The position numbers and the translations under genes were made by a program. Shown piece by piece: positions 50,771 through 64,000 of a stretch of DNA of 64,000 bases. This DNA comes from Podarcis vaucheri (Eukaryota), in the NCBI GenBank assembly GCA_965113315.1, contig OZ220372.1. The stretch is one strand, 5' to 3'. The first letter of the stretch is position 1; every line of letters begins with the position of its first letter. The notes beneath the pieces were generated by a model. It was not told the origin of the DNA, did not search any database, and saw only the letters and a program-made list of their open reading frames with translations.

Positions 50771-51999
50771 CTAGTTTCCTGGGAGCAAGTTTCATTTACA
50801 ATAATGAGACTTACTTCCAGTAGAAGCTGGTCCTCTGGCGCTAATGGGATACTGCTCCACCAACTTCAAGCTGCCACCATCTGCCTTCCTTTCTACTAAC
50901 AACAGCAGGTGACCCTGGCTATCTGATTTCTCCTTCTCACTCTGCTGTTGCCTGTTGTAAAATTCAGCAGGGAAGAGGTTGGGGACAAAAGTACAATTAG
51001 TTGCCTCTGCCTGTCTTTGTGGCCACCAGACCCCGCTGCTTACTTCTGAGAAAACACACAATCAAATAAGAAAGTTTGATTAGATGGTGGCGGCAAGGGA
51101 GAGACCAACTTTTATCCCTGAATAATCTCAAGTGTGGCATAGTTAAATGCGAAAGTAATTTTAGTGGCGCAGGAATAAAACTGCTAGCCTATTTGCAAAG
51201 CTAAACAGGGTCCTTGATGGTTTCAAATTGGACAGAATGTTGAGATTCTTGCATTGCAGGGGGTTGGACTTAGATGACCCTGGTCCAAAATCGTAGAGTT
51301 GGAAGGCACCCCAAAGTTCACCTAGTTCAACCCTCTGCAATGCAGGAATCTCAACACACAGTCTTCCATCCAATTTGAAACCATTCCAGACCCTGCTTTT
51401 ACTTTGCAAATGTGCTAGCGCTTTTACTTCTCCACCACTAGCCATTGTCATGCAACTTTCAATCTCTAAAGGGTATCTAATAGAATGCCTTTAATGCATG
51501 CTTGCTTTAGAGGTGGTCCCAAGACATAGTAGTGCACTATGGTATTGGCTTGGTTACCTCCTCTTGATTTTGAAGTGGCCAGTACGAAGCATGCTTATGA
51601 ATGAAATTAAGAATGCAGTTGGAGATGGATTATTTTTAGAAGAGTGACTTGGCTTGAAAAAAAGATTACCAGTGTCATGCATTCTGAAATAGAAGACTTC
51701 AGGAAAGAAGGTTCATGCAAAACCAACTGAAAGACTGAAGGAGGAGAATGGCATTATAGGAAAGATCTTGATATACATTTGACTTAAAATGCTACTGACA
51801 GCACACAGTATTTCTTGCATTCTTTCATTACTGTGAATATGCCAATCCCCAATTTTTTCTTATTGTCATTTTTGCTGTTGCATTTTTGATGTGTAGTCGC
51901 TTTCTATTGAATTTATCTAATGAGCCATACCCAGGAGGGTTGAATGCCTTCTGAAGGCGCTACGTATTACCTTTCCCATTAATGTAGAGGCATCTACAT

Positions 52000-52190
52000 C
52001 TACTAAACATCAGAAAAACTTTCTGATGGTAAGAGCTGTTTGACAGTGGAACAGTCTCCCTCTTGAGGTTGTAGATGCTCCTTCTTTGGAGGTTTATAAG
52101 CAGAGGTTGGATGGCCACCTGTCATGGATGCTTAAGTTGAGATTTCTGGATTTCTAGGGGTTGGACTAGATAATTATATGATTCTATATT
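52000..52190 (+). mobile_element. CR1 LINE 3' end
   Basis: cagtggaacag...ttggaggtttataagcagaggttggatggcca...ggggttggactagat...gattctat, typical of CR1 ends. Confidence 0.75.
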
Positions 52191-55100
52191 ATGTGTGAAT
52201 GCTGAAACTCCTGTTCATACTGTTTAGAGCCACCTTGGTATCAAAGTTATAAAAACTTCAGTGTGGTAACTACCTGCCTTCAACTGTGTACTTTAAGTGG
52301 CAGGTGACAACTTTTTTGTGTGGGAAATAAGACTTTCTTATTGGGCTAGAAGCATGTTCAACTTCATTTTTGGCTTACCAACCACTTGAGCTTAACAGAC
52401 TCCCAAAGTTGTTGTTCAGAAAGCTTTCTGGAAGCTTATAGAATTGGCAGCCAGCTTTATTTAGAAAACAGAAAAGTGAGAGAGAATGAGAACGTTCCAC
52501 TAATATTTTAAATAACATAACAAAAGGCCTTTGTAGGCAATGCAGTAGAAAATGAGAACTTGCATTATTTTGGATTGTGTATAGCATCATTATAAGCAAA
52601 GCTCACTTTAAAAGTGTGGTGTTGCCTGGGGATCCAGTATGGGTTGCTTGTTTAATTGCTCATGTGTTTATTTCTCCCTTTCTCTTTGTTTTGAAGGCTG
52701 ATGTGAGTTAACATAACTGTTAAGTAAGTTCAATAACCACAATACAGCTGTGTATGTTAGAGGAGGTAATAATGGCCTCAGCAGTGATTGAATTCAAGCC
52801 ATTCAGTTGCTGTCCAAACATTCTGCCAGCTTAGCTACTTGACCACCTGCTTATGTTTTTTCTCTTCTGCTTTCAGTTGCAGGCACAGCCAGGCTTTCTT
52901 GCTCGCCCCTCTTCCCAAAATAGGTTGTTGTGTGTAGAAGTTGCATGTGCCTTTCATTTTTCAGGAGGTACTTTGGTTACAAGCCTGTATATTATTTTTT
53001 TCGTACCATATAATGTCATTGTTCAGTAGTTTTCAAGGGGTGTGGCGCTCCACACTGGTGTGGCAGGAGAGGATGGCAAGTGTGATGGGAAGTTCCGAGG
53101 ACAAAGAAACATTTCAGTGTAGTATGGTATAGTTGTATAGTGTAGTAAAGTATAGGATCAAAATAACTTTTTTTGGATATACAGCCAGAAACAGTAGCCC
53201 CACATCTCTGGAAGAGCATGGGCTATTCTTCTACAGTTCTCCACGGCATATTGTTGTGAACCGGGATTTTCAACTTTGACAAATATGAACGACCAGAAAA
53301 GAGAGGTTTCTTTGTGTTGATGAGGAGATGAGAGTTTGTGTACTGGACCCCTGGCCTACCTGATGGCTAGCCAGTATTTCAAGTCCAAAGTTCAAAGACC
53401 AGTGGTCAGTCCATGCAAGCAAAGTCCAAAGGTCAGGAAATGCAGTTTGGGATCAATCCAAGTAGGCCAGGTCTGAAGTCCAGCAGTCAGGATACAGTCC
53501 AGAGTCAATCCTGAAGCACAGTCCTGTAGAGGTCCAGGAGTATCCAAGGCAAGGTCCATCAACATGGGCAGTTGAGCAGACACAACACCTCACCTCTGCT
53601 GCCCGTTTGTACTTTGCCTGCTGATGGCAGCATCTGGGCTTGACAAGGCATGTGGCCCTCACCTGTTTCAGCAAGTCCCACCTGGCCAGCTAGGGTGCTG
53701 AGCTGTGGGCCCTTGACTGCCTCAGCATCCTAGAGCACCCCTCCTGCTGCTCCCTATGCCTCAGAGCTCACTGACTTTGTGGACACAGAGGCCCTTCTGG
53801 TTCTGGTGATGGGTCCTGTTGCTCTGAGAGAGGTACCTGTGGGCTGTGAAAGTGACTAAGGACTTGGTCTACTGGGGAAGATAAATTCATCAGCCACTAG
53901 GTGAGGTAATATCAATGTGCTTTTTGGACTCTCTTCTTACACACCCACACACCCCAGTCACCAAGATCTCAATGACAAAAATAGTTTTTAAAAAAACTTG
54001 TCACTTTTAATCTGGAGCATTCCCAAACTTACTTTTCAGGAACCATGTTACAGAGGTTTTAATGGCATTGGAATACAAAATCATACTTGTGATTTTAAAT
54101 TATACATTGACACAATTTTAAAAAAGAAAGAAAATGTAGGTCTATGTTAACTAAGAATTAATGGAGGCAGTTAGGGGTCAAATTTCTGTTTGCAATGCTT
54201 ACGACATATTTCTTGTGCTGAGTATAGTTCCATATATTTGTTAAATACCGTCTCTCTGACATGGAGGGTGAAGGAAAACAAGTTAACTGTAAGGAAATCC
54301 CTTCAACAATAAGCAGCAGGCACTGGTATAGAACTAATGCACAATTTTATCAATTGATCTGGCTCACGGGAATTAAAGGTTGCAACTGGCTTTCAGTATA
54401 TCCTAGGGAAGTCAACAAACTCAGACAGCCAGAAAGATACCCTAATCCTAAGCCTGCTGTCATAATCCTTTGGATATTGAAGGATAGATGAAAATAGATG
54501 TGGAATAGTGTCATTCAGTACATTAAAGAACTCTGCTATGGTGAAATGTTTGAAAGATTTCTTGCATACTGAATTGTCAAGTTTTGAAAATCACCCACAA
54601 GCTCTCCTACATACATAATTTACCAGATGTGTTAATAAACAACAGTATTTCCTAAACTACAAATGTTTCATTGGATTACCTACGGTAAGTATTTAATAGC
54701 TAAGCAAGTCAGTTCATATAGTGCTACTTGATGTCTGGCTCTACTAAATAATGTCATACATGACAGTATGGCCAGTGTGTATTGCTGTATGCACAGACTG
54801 CATGAGAGAAGTGTTGTCTGTCCTTGTGCACCAAAGGAACTGGAATAAAAAGTGATATTCAGCATTAGCTGTCACTTCTGTTTCCACTTGGTGTACCTTA
54901 TTCACCTTGTGTGAATTATTCACCTTGTGTACCTTATTCAATTTTGCACCTTGCCTTGATTGTATGTGCTATGTCAGGCCTCCCTTTTTATTGATTTTAT
55001 GGCTCACCAAGAGGCTAAAATTTTGAATTTGGGTCAGATACCTTCTGGATCAGAACTGGCCTCTCTGCCTCAAGGGGAATGACAACCCACAGTCTCCAAT

Positions 55101-57526
55101 ATGTGACAGAAATACTTTTTATTGCCTTGAGGATCCTGCTGAGACTGTAACAATATTCAATACAGTTCTTTCAAGAAATAAAGTACTGTAACTATAGAGC
55201 TGTTATAAAGATTACCGAGGTGATATATGTCTTATCACTTTGAACATATGTAATGCATTATGGAACCACGCAAAGCCTATTACAGATAGTTAAAAGCATT
55301 CATGTTGGTATTCTACGAAAGAGTCTCTGTATGTTCTAGGTTGGGTGGGGACCTTCTTCTGTCCAAAGGACACCTTCCTTCTGGGAGCAGCATTCCAGGA
55401 GCAGAGAGTGTCATAAGGAAAAGTGGGTGGAGCAACAAATGCGCCTTCATCTTTTGCACAGTAGGCTCTATTCCCACCACATTAATTTCGGAGATTTCTA
55501 CCCTGAACAACCTGCCCAGCTGCATCTCTCCATTCACACAAGCAAGAGGCACTGTGACAATTCAAGGACATATGCCAGGCAAAAGTACTTGAAGGATGCT
55601 GAGCTGGGCCAGCGATGAGTTGTGACCTGGGAGAGTGTCTGGGCACTGTTACAGAAGGCTGAATCCCAGCTATGTCCGGGAAATTCCGGACGTATGGCAA
55701 CCCTACCATAGTCAATGAGCTATTCAATAAGGTGCCAGAAGACTTTGTTATTTTTGATCCCGAAGACTAACGCAGCTATCTCTTTGGAACCGTCACAATT
55801 TTAAGAGTGGGTTATACATTGTTACGTTCTTATTTGCATCCTTCAAAACTCTGGATGATGTGAGTGTCGTTACTTCCAAGCTAGTCATATAAAAACCTCA
55901 GCCAACTTGCCATCTGAAATGTCCATCGGATGCCCAAGAACTTGGGCAGGTAAACTGCCTTTAAGATGAGAACTTAAAATGTTTGCAGCAACCTCTGACT
56001 CTTTATTGTGGTTCCCACTGAAGGAACACTACAAACTGCCACATCCACCAACTGTACTTCTAGTTATAAGCTGTCAGTATCCCATAGATTTCATCTAGCC
56101 TTTTATCTGTCTGCTCCAGATTTTTGCAAGTGGGCAGTAGCAGGGACCTAGCGTAAATCATTGCTGCTTGGGCTGGAACTAAAGAAACAGTTTAATCCGC
56201 AATTAATTCAACATTTTGTATCCTATATGAAAATCTGTTTGCGTACCTTGACTTTCCATTGTTTTGATATTGTTTTATACAATAAACCATGCTTCTTGCT
56301 GATTTACTAGAAATTAAACCAGAGACCCTCTGCATATAAAGCATAAACACTGCCGCCAAACAATGGCCTCTCCTCTGAAAATATTTTTGTTGGTTTTCTA
56401 AACCCCAATAACTTGAGTTACATGATTCCATACCACCTTCCCATATCACATGTTGAATTTGCGGATGGAAGAGTATTGAAAAGTAAACTGTTCTCCAAAT
56501 TAACGAAACCCACAACCTGACTCTGCCCCATGCCATTGCTTTTAACCAAGCTTGAACCCTTTTGGTGAGGCATGCTTTATATCAAAATTTGCATGTAAAC
56601 TGACCTTCCTAAACAGTGAATATCTGCTGCTCCATTTTCCAGCTTCTGCAGCATTTGACCTAATGTTGTGGTGCAAGTTTTGTATAGCATCAAAAGCCCG
56701 GAGCTTTCTTTTCCATTGGGGGTTTTGTTTCAGGTGGTGAATAAATTATAACTTGGAAAGTTTGCTAAAGAAGTCTGCTGCAAAAAGATTGCTTTCATTA
56801 CAGTTTCTTGAAAAGATACAGGAGTACATTTCGGGGTGAGAATATTATCGCTAATTATCTACCTCCATCTTGTCAAATATTTCAGGTACAACCAAGATTA
56901 ATGTTTTGTGTGCCATTATTTTTGGGCCAATTATTCCTCGGGAAAGAATAGTTCTTCCTTAAGGCTCTGGAAATTTACTTTGCTATGCTGATTTAACTAG
57001 GATGTGGAAATGTCACAAAATGAACTATTGATATTGTTTAAGTAGTCCTGATGGAAAAGTCTCCGTTCACAAGCTGTTCTGCCCAGGGGAGTGTAACGTC
57101 CATTTATGAATAAATCATTGCACATTGACACCTTTTATTGTGTGCTACTGAATACCAAATTTTTACTGTGAATTTTTTTAAAAATATTTTTTTGTATCAA
57201 GCCATTTTTTGTTTACACCTCTCAAGTTTGCAACTAAATACTAATTTTAAAAAGGTCACTTAATGTACCGATCCCCTGTATAGTGAGCCCCAGTATCTAT
57301 ATAGAACTTGGTCTGTTAATTAAATTGCTGGCCTTTGGGCAGATACGTTACTAGGGCAAAACACTGCACACATATGCATCTCTCAGGTGGTTCTTGTGCC
57401 AAATGAAAAAGATCCAGTTTGCTTCCTTCCTGTTGTTGAAAGGCAGCCCTTTGCCAGAATGCAACCCTTTGTGAAGAGTTGTTGCTGTTCAAAACTGCAA
57501 GGTGTAAAGCGCTGCTTAGTTAAGAG

Positions 57527-57592
57527 CAGGGGTAAGCAACCTTTTTCAGCCATGGCTGATCCACCGTCCCTCAGACCATGTGGTGGGCCGGA

Positions 57593-57636
<44 letters not shown>

Positions 57637-57815
57637 ATTGGGGGGGGGGGAATGAACGAATTCTTATGCTCCACAAATAACCTAGAGATGCATTTTAATT
57701 AAAAGCACACATTCTACTCAGGTAAAAACATGCTGATTCCTGAACTGGACGCGGGCCGGATTGAGAAGGCGATTGGGCCACATCCGGCCCCCAGGTCTTA
57801 GGTTGCCTACCCCTG
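57527..57815. mobile_element. hAT non-autonomous element containing (CTAT)n microsatellite
   Basis: TIR CAGGGGTAAGCAACCT / AGGTTGCCTACCCCTG, 8-bp TSD GTTAAGAG. Confidence 0.9.
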
Positions 57816-58785
57816 GTTAAGAGGCTTTAGGTGGTCCAAAGCATAAAATAGAAACCATTCAGGTGATGCACAATGAATGAACGGAATTTAAAGTTAGATC
57901 CTCTTATGGATCGCTGCATATAATTGGCTCGCTTGTGTGAAAAAGTGTGTTTTTTCCAACCAACAATCATTCTTGGGGTGATGGTGGTAGAGCTAAAGAT
58001 GCATGTTACTTACTTGACAGGCTTCACTAGAGTTGACATAGTTGAAATTTGGGTGGATTTGATTGCATGCCATCGCAGAGCTTTGAATCAGAAGACCTCA
58101 AAGGAAGAGGAGGCTAAATGAGCCATTTGTATAAATACCATAGTATAGTGTTCAACTATAGTCCAACTTTTGTCACCCAGTGAGTTTCATGGCTGAGTGA
58201 TGATTTGAACCCTGGTCTCATAGGACTTAGTCCAGTGGTCCGAGCTCTCATTACAGCACCACACCTGTCATGGATTAGATTAGATTATATATCTGAGTTT
58301 CTAACACTGCTCAGTAGAAGAGCGGCTGCCTAACATGCAGAATGCCCCCAAATTCAATCCCTAGCATCTCCAAGTTGGGCTGGGAGAAAGAGCCCTGCTT
58401 GGAATCCTGAAGAACTACCAGTATTTCTACTCAGTGTGGGCCAAACTGATCTAGATGACCCTAATGGTCTGACACAGGTAAAATGGGGGAGGGGGGAGAC
58501 AAACTGATGAGAACTGTAGCACTTAACCGAACAATGACATTTTAAAGCTATATGCAGATGCCAGATTTAAGGAGGAGGGCCCTGGAGCAGTGGTGGACCA
58601 TCTCCTTTGGAAGCAGAAGGTCCCAGGTTCCATCCCTGGCATTTCCAGGTAGGTAGTCATTTCCAGGTAGGCTTTTCCAGGTAGGTAGTTCCCTGGCTGA
58701 AACTCCAGACGGCCGATGGCAATCCGTGTAAACCACATTGTTAAACTGATGGACCAGCCCTCTCTATGAAGCCGCTTCCTATATA

Positions 58786-59010
58786 CAGTGGTACCTCGGC
58801 TTACATACGCTTCAGGTTACAGACTCTGCTAACCCAGGAATATTACCTCAGGTTAAGAACTTTGCTTCAGGATGAGATCAGAAATCGTGCTCTGGCGGCG
58901 CAGCGGCAGCAGCAGGAGGCCCCATTAGCTAAAGTGGTGCTTCAGGTTAAGAACAGTTTCAGGATAAGAACGCACCTCCGGAACGAATTACTTAACCCGA
59001 GGTACCACTG
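58786..59010 (+). mobile_element. MITE family A, copy 5
   Basis: Same TIRs, TA TSD. Confidence 0.9.
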
Positions 59011-60167
59011 TACATATTAATACTTTATTTTAAAAGAGTAACTCTATCTCACAGTGTAAGCAATGCCTTCTCTTCCTGTCAGCAACATACATACAGCGCT
59101 GCTGTGATATGTTACGTAGCCCGCGGGGAACGAAGCGCTCAACAAGATGAAGCAGGCTCTTTGTCTCCAACACAGGAGCTCTAATACAGATCAGCTGTGC
59201 TAGAAATCTTCCCTTTGTGGATGTATTCAGCCTGTGCCAATATCCCCGTGAGGTATGAGGGAGCCTTTATCTTTTTTTTTGAGGGGTGGGGGGAGGGGGA
59301 AATAAATACCAGCCTTTTTGCCTCTCTGCAGATCCATCGCCAGCAAAGCCTTTGTCTTCGCCATTAAAATAGAGAAGTTTTTTTCCCCCTTATGGGGTGT
59401 CACCTTTGAACTTGACTGGTAGATTACAGATAGGGATTGGCATATAATGGCAATTGCCTTCCTCCTTGATCTTTCAGCGTGTACAAAAGTGTGTCTTTTG
59501 CAGCGGTCAAATCTTACATGTAGAAATGCAACACCTTTTACGGGAAAACGTTAGCATGTACTGCTTCTTGAATTAAGTGTAGAATTAATCTTCTGTCTAT
59601 ATACTTAGCAGGCTATTTATTTTGGCTATTTATATCCTGCTGGCCCACCCTGGAAGCTCAGGAAACTGGGGTTAGGATTATAGTTGAACAGAAACTATCC
59701 ATCTTAAGCAGAACTATCGGCAAACTATTATTGCCGTACCAGCTTAACCCTGTCTGCCAAAACAAAGCATGAGAGAGCTGTGCAACTTTTCTATAAGCAG
59801 CTCATTTCCAGCAGCTCTTCAGGGAAACATACCCTAATGTTTGAGGGGGAAACGATCAAGGAATTTTTCTCTTAGAGATGTGAAGTCTAGGCAGGTGGGG
59901 GAAAGAAACCATTTCTCTCCTTCCACTGTGGTCATTTTTTGAGCAGGGGGGTGCTCACATCTCTAGTCCCTCTGCCCCACGCTAGTCAGTAAGGGCTCCC
60001 TGAGACTGCTTTGGTTTTACGTTGGGAGTCATTATGGGGACACAGCGAACGCTGCATTTGCATCCCTTGCCCTTCCTGCTCCACCATAGCAGGAAGCAGG
60101 TGGAGGTTGTCGGAATACAGGGAGCTGCCTTTTACTGAGTTAGCCCATTGGCCCATCTCTCTCAGTA

Positions 60168-60393
60168 CAGTGGTACCTCAGGTTAAGTACTTAATTCGTT
60201 CCGGAGGTCCGTTCTTAACCTGAAACTGTTCTTAACCTGAAGCACCATTTTAGCTAGTGGGGCTTCCCTCTGCCGATGCGCCGCTGGAGCAAGATTTCTG
60301 TTCTTATCCTGAAGCAAAGTTCTTAACCTGAAGCACTATTTCTGGGTTAGCGGAGTGTGTAACCTGAAGCGTATGTAACCCGAGGTACCACTG
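60168..60393 (-). mobile_element. MITE family A, copy 6 (inverted)
   Basis: Same TIRs, TA TSD, internal sequence reversed. Confidence 0.9.
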
Positions 60394-62893
60394 TACTGCC
60401 CATACTGACTGGCTGCAGTTCTCCAGAGGGAACATGCTAGACCCTATGGCGATTGAATCTGGAATAAGGTGCGTAGAAATCAAATGCTCTGTCATGGAGG
60501 CCCTTCCTCTATAGCAAAGTTTCCCATAGTTGGATCTCCAGCTGTTTTTAGACTACAACTCCCATCATCCCTATCTAGCAGGACCAGTGGTCAGGGATGA
60601 TGGGAATTGTAAACAGCTGGAGACCCAAGTTTGGGAAACACTATAGGATGAAGGATTACGTTTATATGATTATAACTGAGGCAATTTGTGTGTGCGTATG
60701 TCAAGTTTTACATTCGTTTTGTGAGGTGACAGCCTTTTAATAGAACCATGGTCAAGTGTTTGTTAAACAGTGATATTCTCATTCTTTCTACTTCTCCAGT
60801 GTTTGTTAAACAGTGATAATCTCTTTCTCTCTCATTCTTTCTCTCTCCCTTTCTCTTATAACTCCTCTGCCCCCACCCCCAGCTGTTTGTGTGTGATCTG
60901 ATCTAGGTTTATACAGCTAAATCCATGGAAGATCCTCCTTCTGGTCCATGGCTGGGGGAAGTTAGAAGGATGTTGGGCAGAAATAAATGGTCTTGGCTGC
61001 TAAGAGGGAGGTGTTTTGCTCTTGGTGACAGTTGTGTCTTTAATGTACTATAGATCTGGCCTTAAGAGAATTAGAAAATCCCTTCAATAGCTGGTTCCAA
61101 ACCACTGAGGGTTCTGTATAGGCCCGTGTTATATGATATTTATCTCGGTATGTACTTTTAAAAAACGTTGTAGTTGTGGGTGGGGTTTCTTTTTTGGGGT
61201 GGGGGTTGTTTAGCTTTGCTTTTTTCCCCTGCTCAAACAAGACACCAAAATACATAAATAGTGCATACATTGTATTCCCAACCACACGATAATTTTGCGT
61301 ATCCAATATTTGCGTTCAGTGGGATGCTAATAGAAGTCTGTTTCAACTCTGGGTCTTTTTGAAGTTCATATAAATTCATCTTCCTCTACGGAACTAGTTT
61401 CCTCTCAGGGTGTGTGTGTGTGTGTGTGAATCAGTCAGATTCCAGCTTGAGTTGTTGCCAAGCCTGAGTCCTCCCACTTGTTTGGTGGTAAGTGTAATTA
61501 CTTTGGAAGCTCAACCTGCAAAAATGCTTCTACCTAAATTGCAGACACGTTCATGTGTTACTGTCAAGCCATCTGCACAGTTTCCCTTTTGCTTAAATGA
61601 ATGGATTTTTACAACACAGCTTGCTTTAGAAGCCAGTGCATGCCAGGCTTAATGGATGGGGTATTGGGGATAGGCTTGACCATGGGCCAAGCAGTGCATG
61701 GGCAAGGAGTGTTCACAGTACTTTCTCTGTTTGGATTACCTTAAACTTGATTGCATTTGCAACCCATTTCTCCCAGCACATGAGCTGAGGCAGATAATGA
61801 AGCTAAGCAGGTCTGGGAGACCACTTGGGAACCTCATGTGCTCCACCTTGCATTCCACAATAGAAGAAGAGCAGGATATAAATGTCCTAAATATATAACC
61901 CTGTTTCTTCCTGATCTCATGATGTTTGAGAGAAAAAACAACAAATCATTTACCGTATGCCTTTGCTGAATGCTGTAAATTTCCTTAGGAACGATAATAA
62001 AAACACAATGCTGGCCATGCAGTTCAGTTCCAAGGTAACCAGCTTTAGAAAGGAATATGAATTGCTTGCACGATTTTATTCCACTTATTGACTAGGATAG
62101 TTTAGGTAACCCATTAACCTGGCACCTTTGCTAGCTTGTGAGTCAACTTTGGGCAACTTTGCCCTGCTTCTAAATTTGGTCTTGATCTTAGTATGTGGAA
62201 AGGGGTGTTGCAAATATTTCACAAACCCTATTTTTGTCTGTGAAATGTTGGGTAGTAATTGCATGCAGAGCCTAAACAGCTTCCTGTGGGCACTTTCAAA
62301 GCATCATAGGTGTGAAACATCGTTCTGGATCCAGTAACCAGCTTCCTTTTCTCTCAAAGAAGCCTGCTACAGAACAGCAGCATGTTTCTTCACTTACCCT
62401 TGGACATGATCTGCAGGAAACAAAGCCATTAAAATATGTAAATAACTTTAACACAATACTCGGTCTTTAATATCTAGAAAGGCATGAAAGATGGCTATTC
62501 CTTTGATTTTAATGCTGCTTTGGGCTTTGCAGGCACATTACAGTGAGAGTGATGTTTCCCTGTATTGGCATTTAATAACAAAAGTACCCATTCAATGTTT
62601 TGCAATAATTAGGTACAGCGCATTTCAATTTCGGGATAAAATGCAAAGTAATATAATGGCACACTTACTTTATTAGTATTTTTTTCTGGAAACTGGTGAC
62701 ACAAACAGACAGACAGCAGAACAGCTTTGCAATTATGGATCCTAATGTTTTTCAGCCAGTTTGGAAATTAATAATGTAATGGAAAGTTTGGAGGGAAATA
62801 TCTTACTGAGTTCTAAGTAAGAAATGGTGGCTGTTATCTAATGATCCCATGGAGAGAACCTCTGTTAATGAACATGCAGATTTCTATTAGTTA

Positions 62894-63121
62894 CCGTATT
62901 TTTCACTCTATAAGATGCACCAGACCACAAGACGCACCTAGTTTTTGGAGGAGGAAAACAAGAAAAAAATAAATTCTGAATTTCAGAAGCCAGAACAGCT
63001 TCTCTTGCTGCTCTGGCTTCTGGGATGGCCGTGCAGCCTGCATTCGCTCCATAAGACGCACACACATTTCCCCTTACTTTTTAGGAGGGAAAAAGTGAGT
63101 CTTATAGAGCAAAAAATACGG
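62894..63121 (+). mobile_element. pogo/Tigger-like MITE family B, copy 2
   Basis: Same TIRs and TA TSD; internal deletion relative to copy 1. Confidence 0.88.
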
Positions 63122-63409
63122 TATTTGCCACAGAAAAGGGAGTATCTAATGATCAGACAAAGAATGCTGTATAAGCCAGCCATGGGTAGAAGAGACATTT
63201 ACTTCATATCTTTGAGAAACAGGATTCTGTTCAGGCCTATTTTAAGGGCGCTCCAGTGTGGCTCATGACAGCTGGGTCACAAAAAGTACTAACCCATATT
63301 CAGGGCTAAGAAGCTGGTGGTGTTAGGACAAGGGTGGAGAACCTCAGACCAGCCACCAGATGTGGCTTTTTGAAGCCCCTCTATCTTGCCCTGGGGACTG
63401 TCTACTACT

Positions 63410-63733
63410 TTGCATCCTCTTTCAGCCCAAACACTGAGGTCCAGCTCTGAGGGCCTTCTGGCATTTCCCTCATTGCGAGAAGTGAGGTTACAGGGGACCA
63501 GGCAGAGGGCCTTCTCAGTAGTGGCACCCGCCCTGTGGAACGCCCTCCCTTCAGATGTCAAGGAAATAAACAACTATCTGGCTTTTAGAAGACATCTGAA
63601 GGCAGCCCTGTTTAGGGAAGTTCTCAATGTGTGATGTTTTACTGTGGTTCTGTAGTTTGCTGGAAGCCACCCAGTCACATGGGCGGGCGGCATATAAGTA
63701 ATAAATAACAAGAAGAAGAATAAGAATTATTAT
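63410..63733 (+). mobile_element. L2 LINE 3' end, same family as 24.3-25.2 kb
   Basis: Translation LRSSSEGLLAFPSLREVRLQGTRQRAFSVVAPALWNALPSDVKEINNYL followed by simple-repeat tail. Confidence 0.88.
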
Positions 63734-64000
63734 TGGAGTCTTTGCCTGGCTGTGATGTGTTACTGAATTCTGATAATGCCTGGATGGAGGCTAGAGTGTG
63801 TGAGTACATTAGCTTTCTGTAGAAAGGTAAAAATGTACATACATTGCTGTCTTCACTTTTGCCTCTGGCTCCACCCTCCACTGGCATGTAGCCCCCAGAA
63901 GGCTGGCAAAAACAGAATGCAGCCCTCTGGCTGAAAAATAGTTTTCCACCTCTGACTTGGGGGGGCGGGAGGGCATTGACTTGCTAATTGTTGCTACTGT

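Noticed and set aside
54888-54950. Short ~21-bp tandem repeat (also a direct duplication at ~60756-60818)
   Set aside because: Ordinary slippage duplications with no sign of function
2636-60393. CRISPR-like or regularly spaced repeat array
   Set aside because: Repeats are dispersed TIR elements with TA TSDs in a vertebrate genome; no spacer periodicity or cas genes
38651-64000. DOCK4 exon 2 (expected IASFRGTVPYGLSLEIGD...)
   Set aside because: No matching sequence recognised by eye; probably beyond the right edge

Overview
Vertebrate genomic DNA. The repeat content (Sauria SINE, tRNA/CORE SINE with (CTT)n tail, L2, CR1, Penelope-like, Tc1/mariner and hAT MITEs) points to a squamate, probably a lacertid lizard. 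The window holds a head-to-head gene pair. ZNF277 is on the minus strand: coding exons 1-11 lie from 38045 down to 177, all with GT-AG boundaries and joining into one open frame; the last exon is off the left edge. DOCK4 is on the plus strand: coding exon 1 (MWIPTEHEKYGV) is at 38614-38650, followed by >25 kb of intron 1. The two genes share a ~570-bp CpG-island bidirectional promoter with ZNF143/SBS, ETS, CCAAT and GC-box motifs. The rest is intron filled with transposable elements, several with perfect TIRs and TSDs. Most notable: (1) a TSD-flanked Penelope-like palindrome ~0.9 kb into ZNF277 intron 1 carrying a complete minimal type I hammerhead ribozyme motif; (2) a palindromic GCCATGGC that supplies the ZNF277 start codon and, on the other strand, opens a 190-codon frame running in-frame into DOCK4; (3) a sense-oriented solo LTR just upstream of ZNF277 exon 8; (4) a candidate 84-nt cassette exon in ZNF277 intron 1. 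Gene and repeat-family names come from recalled sequence, not database searches.
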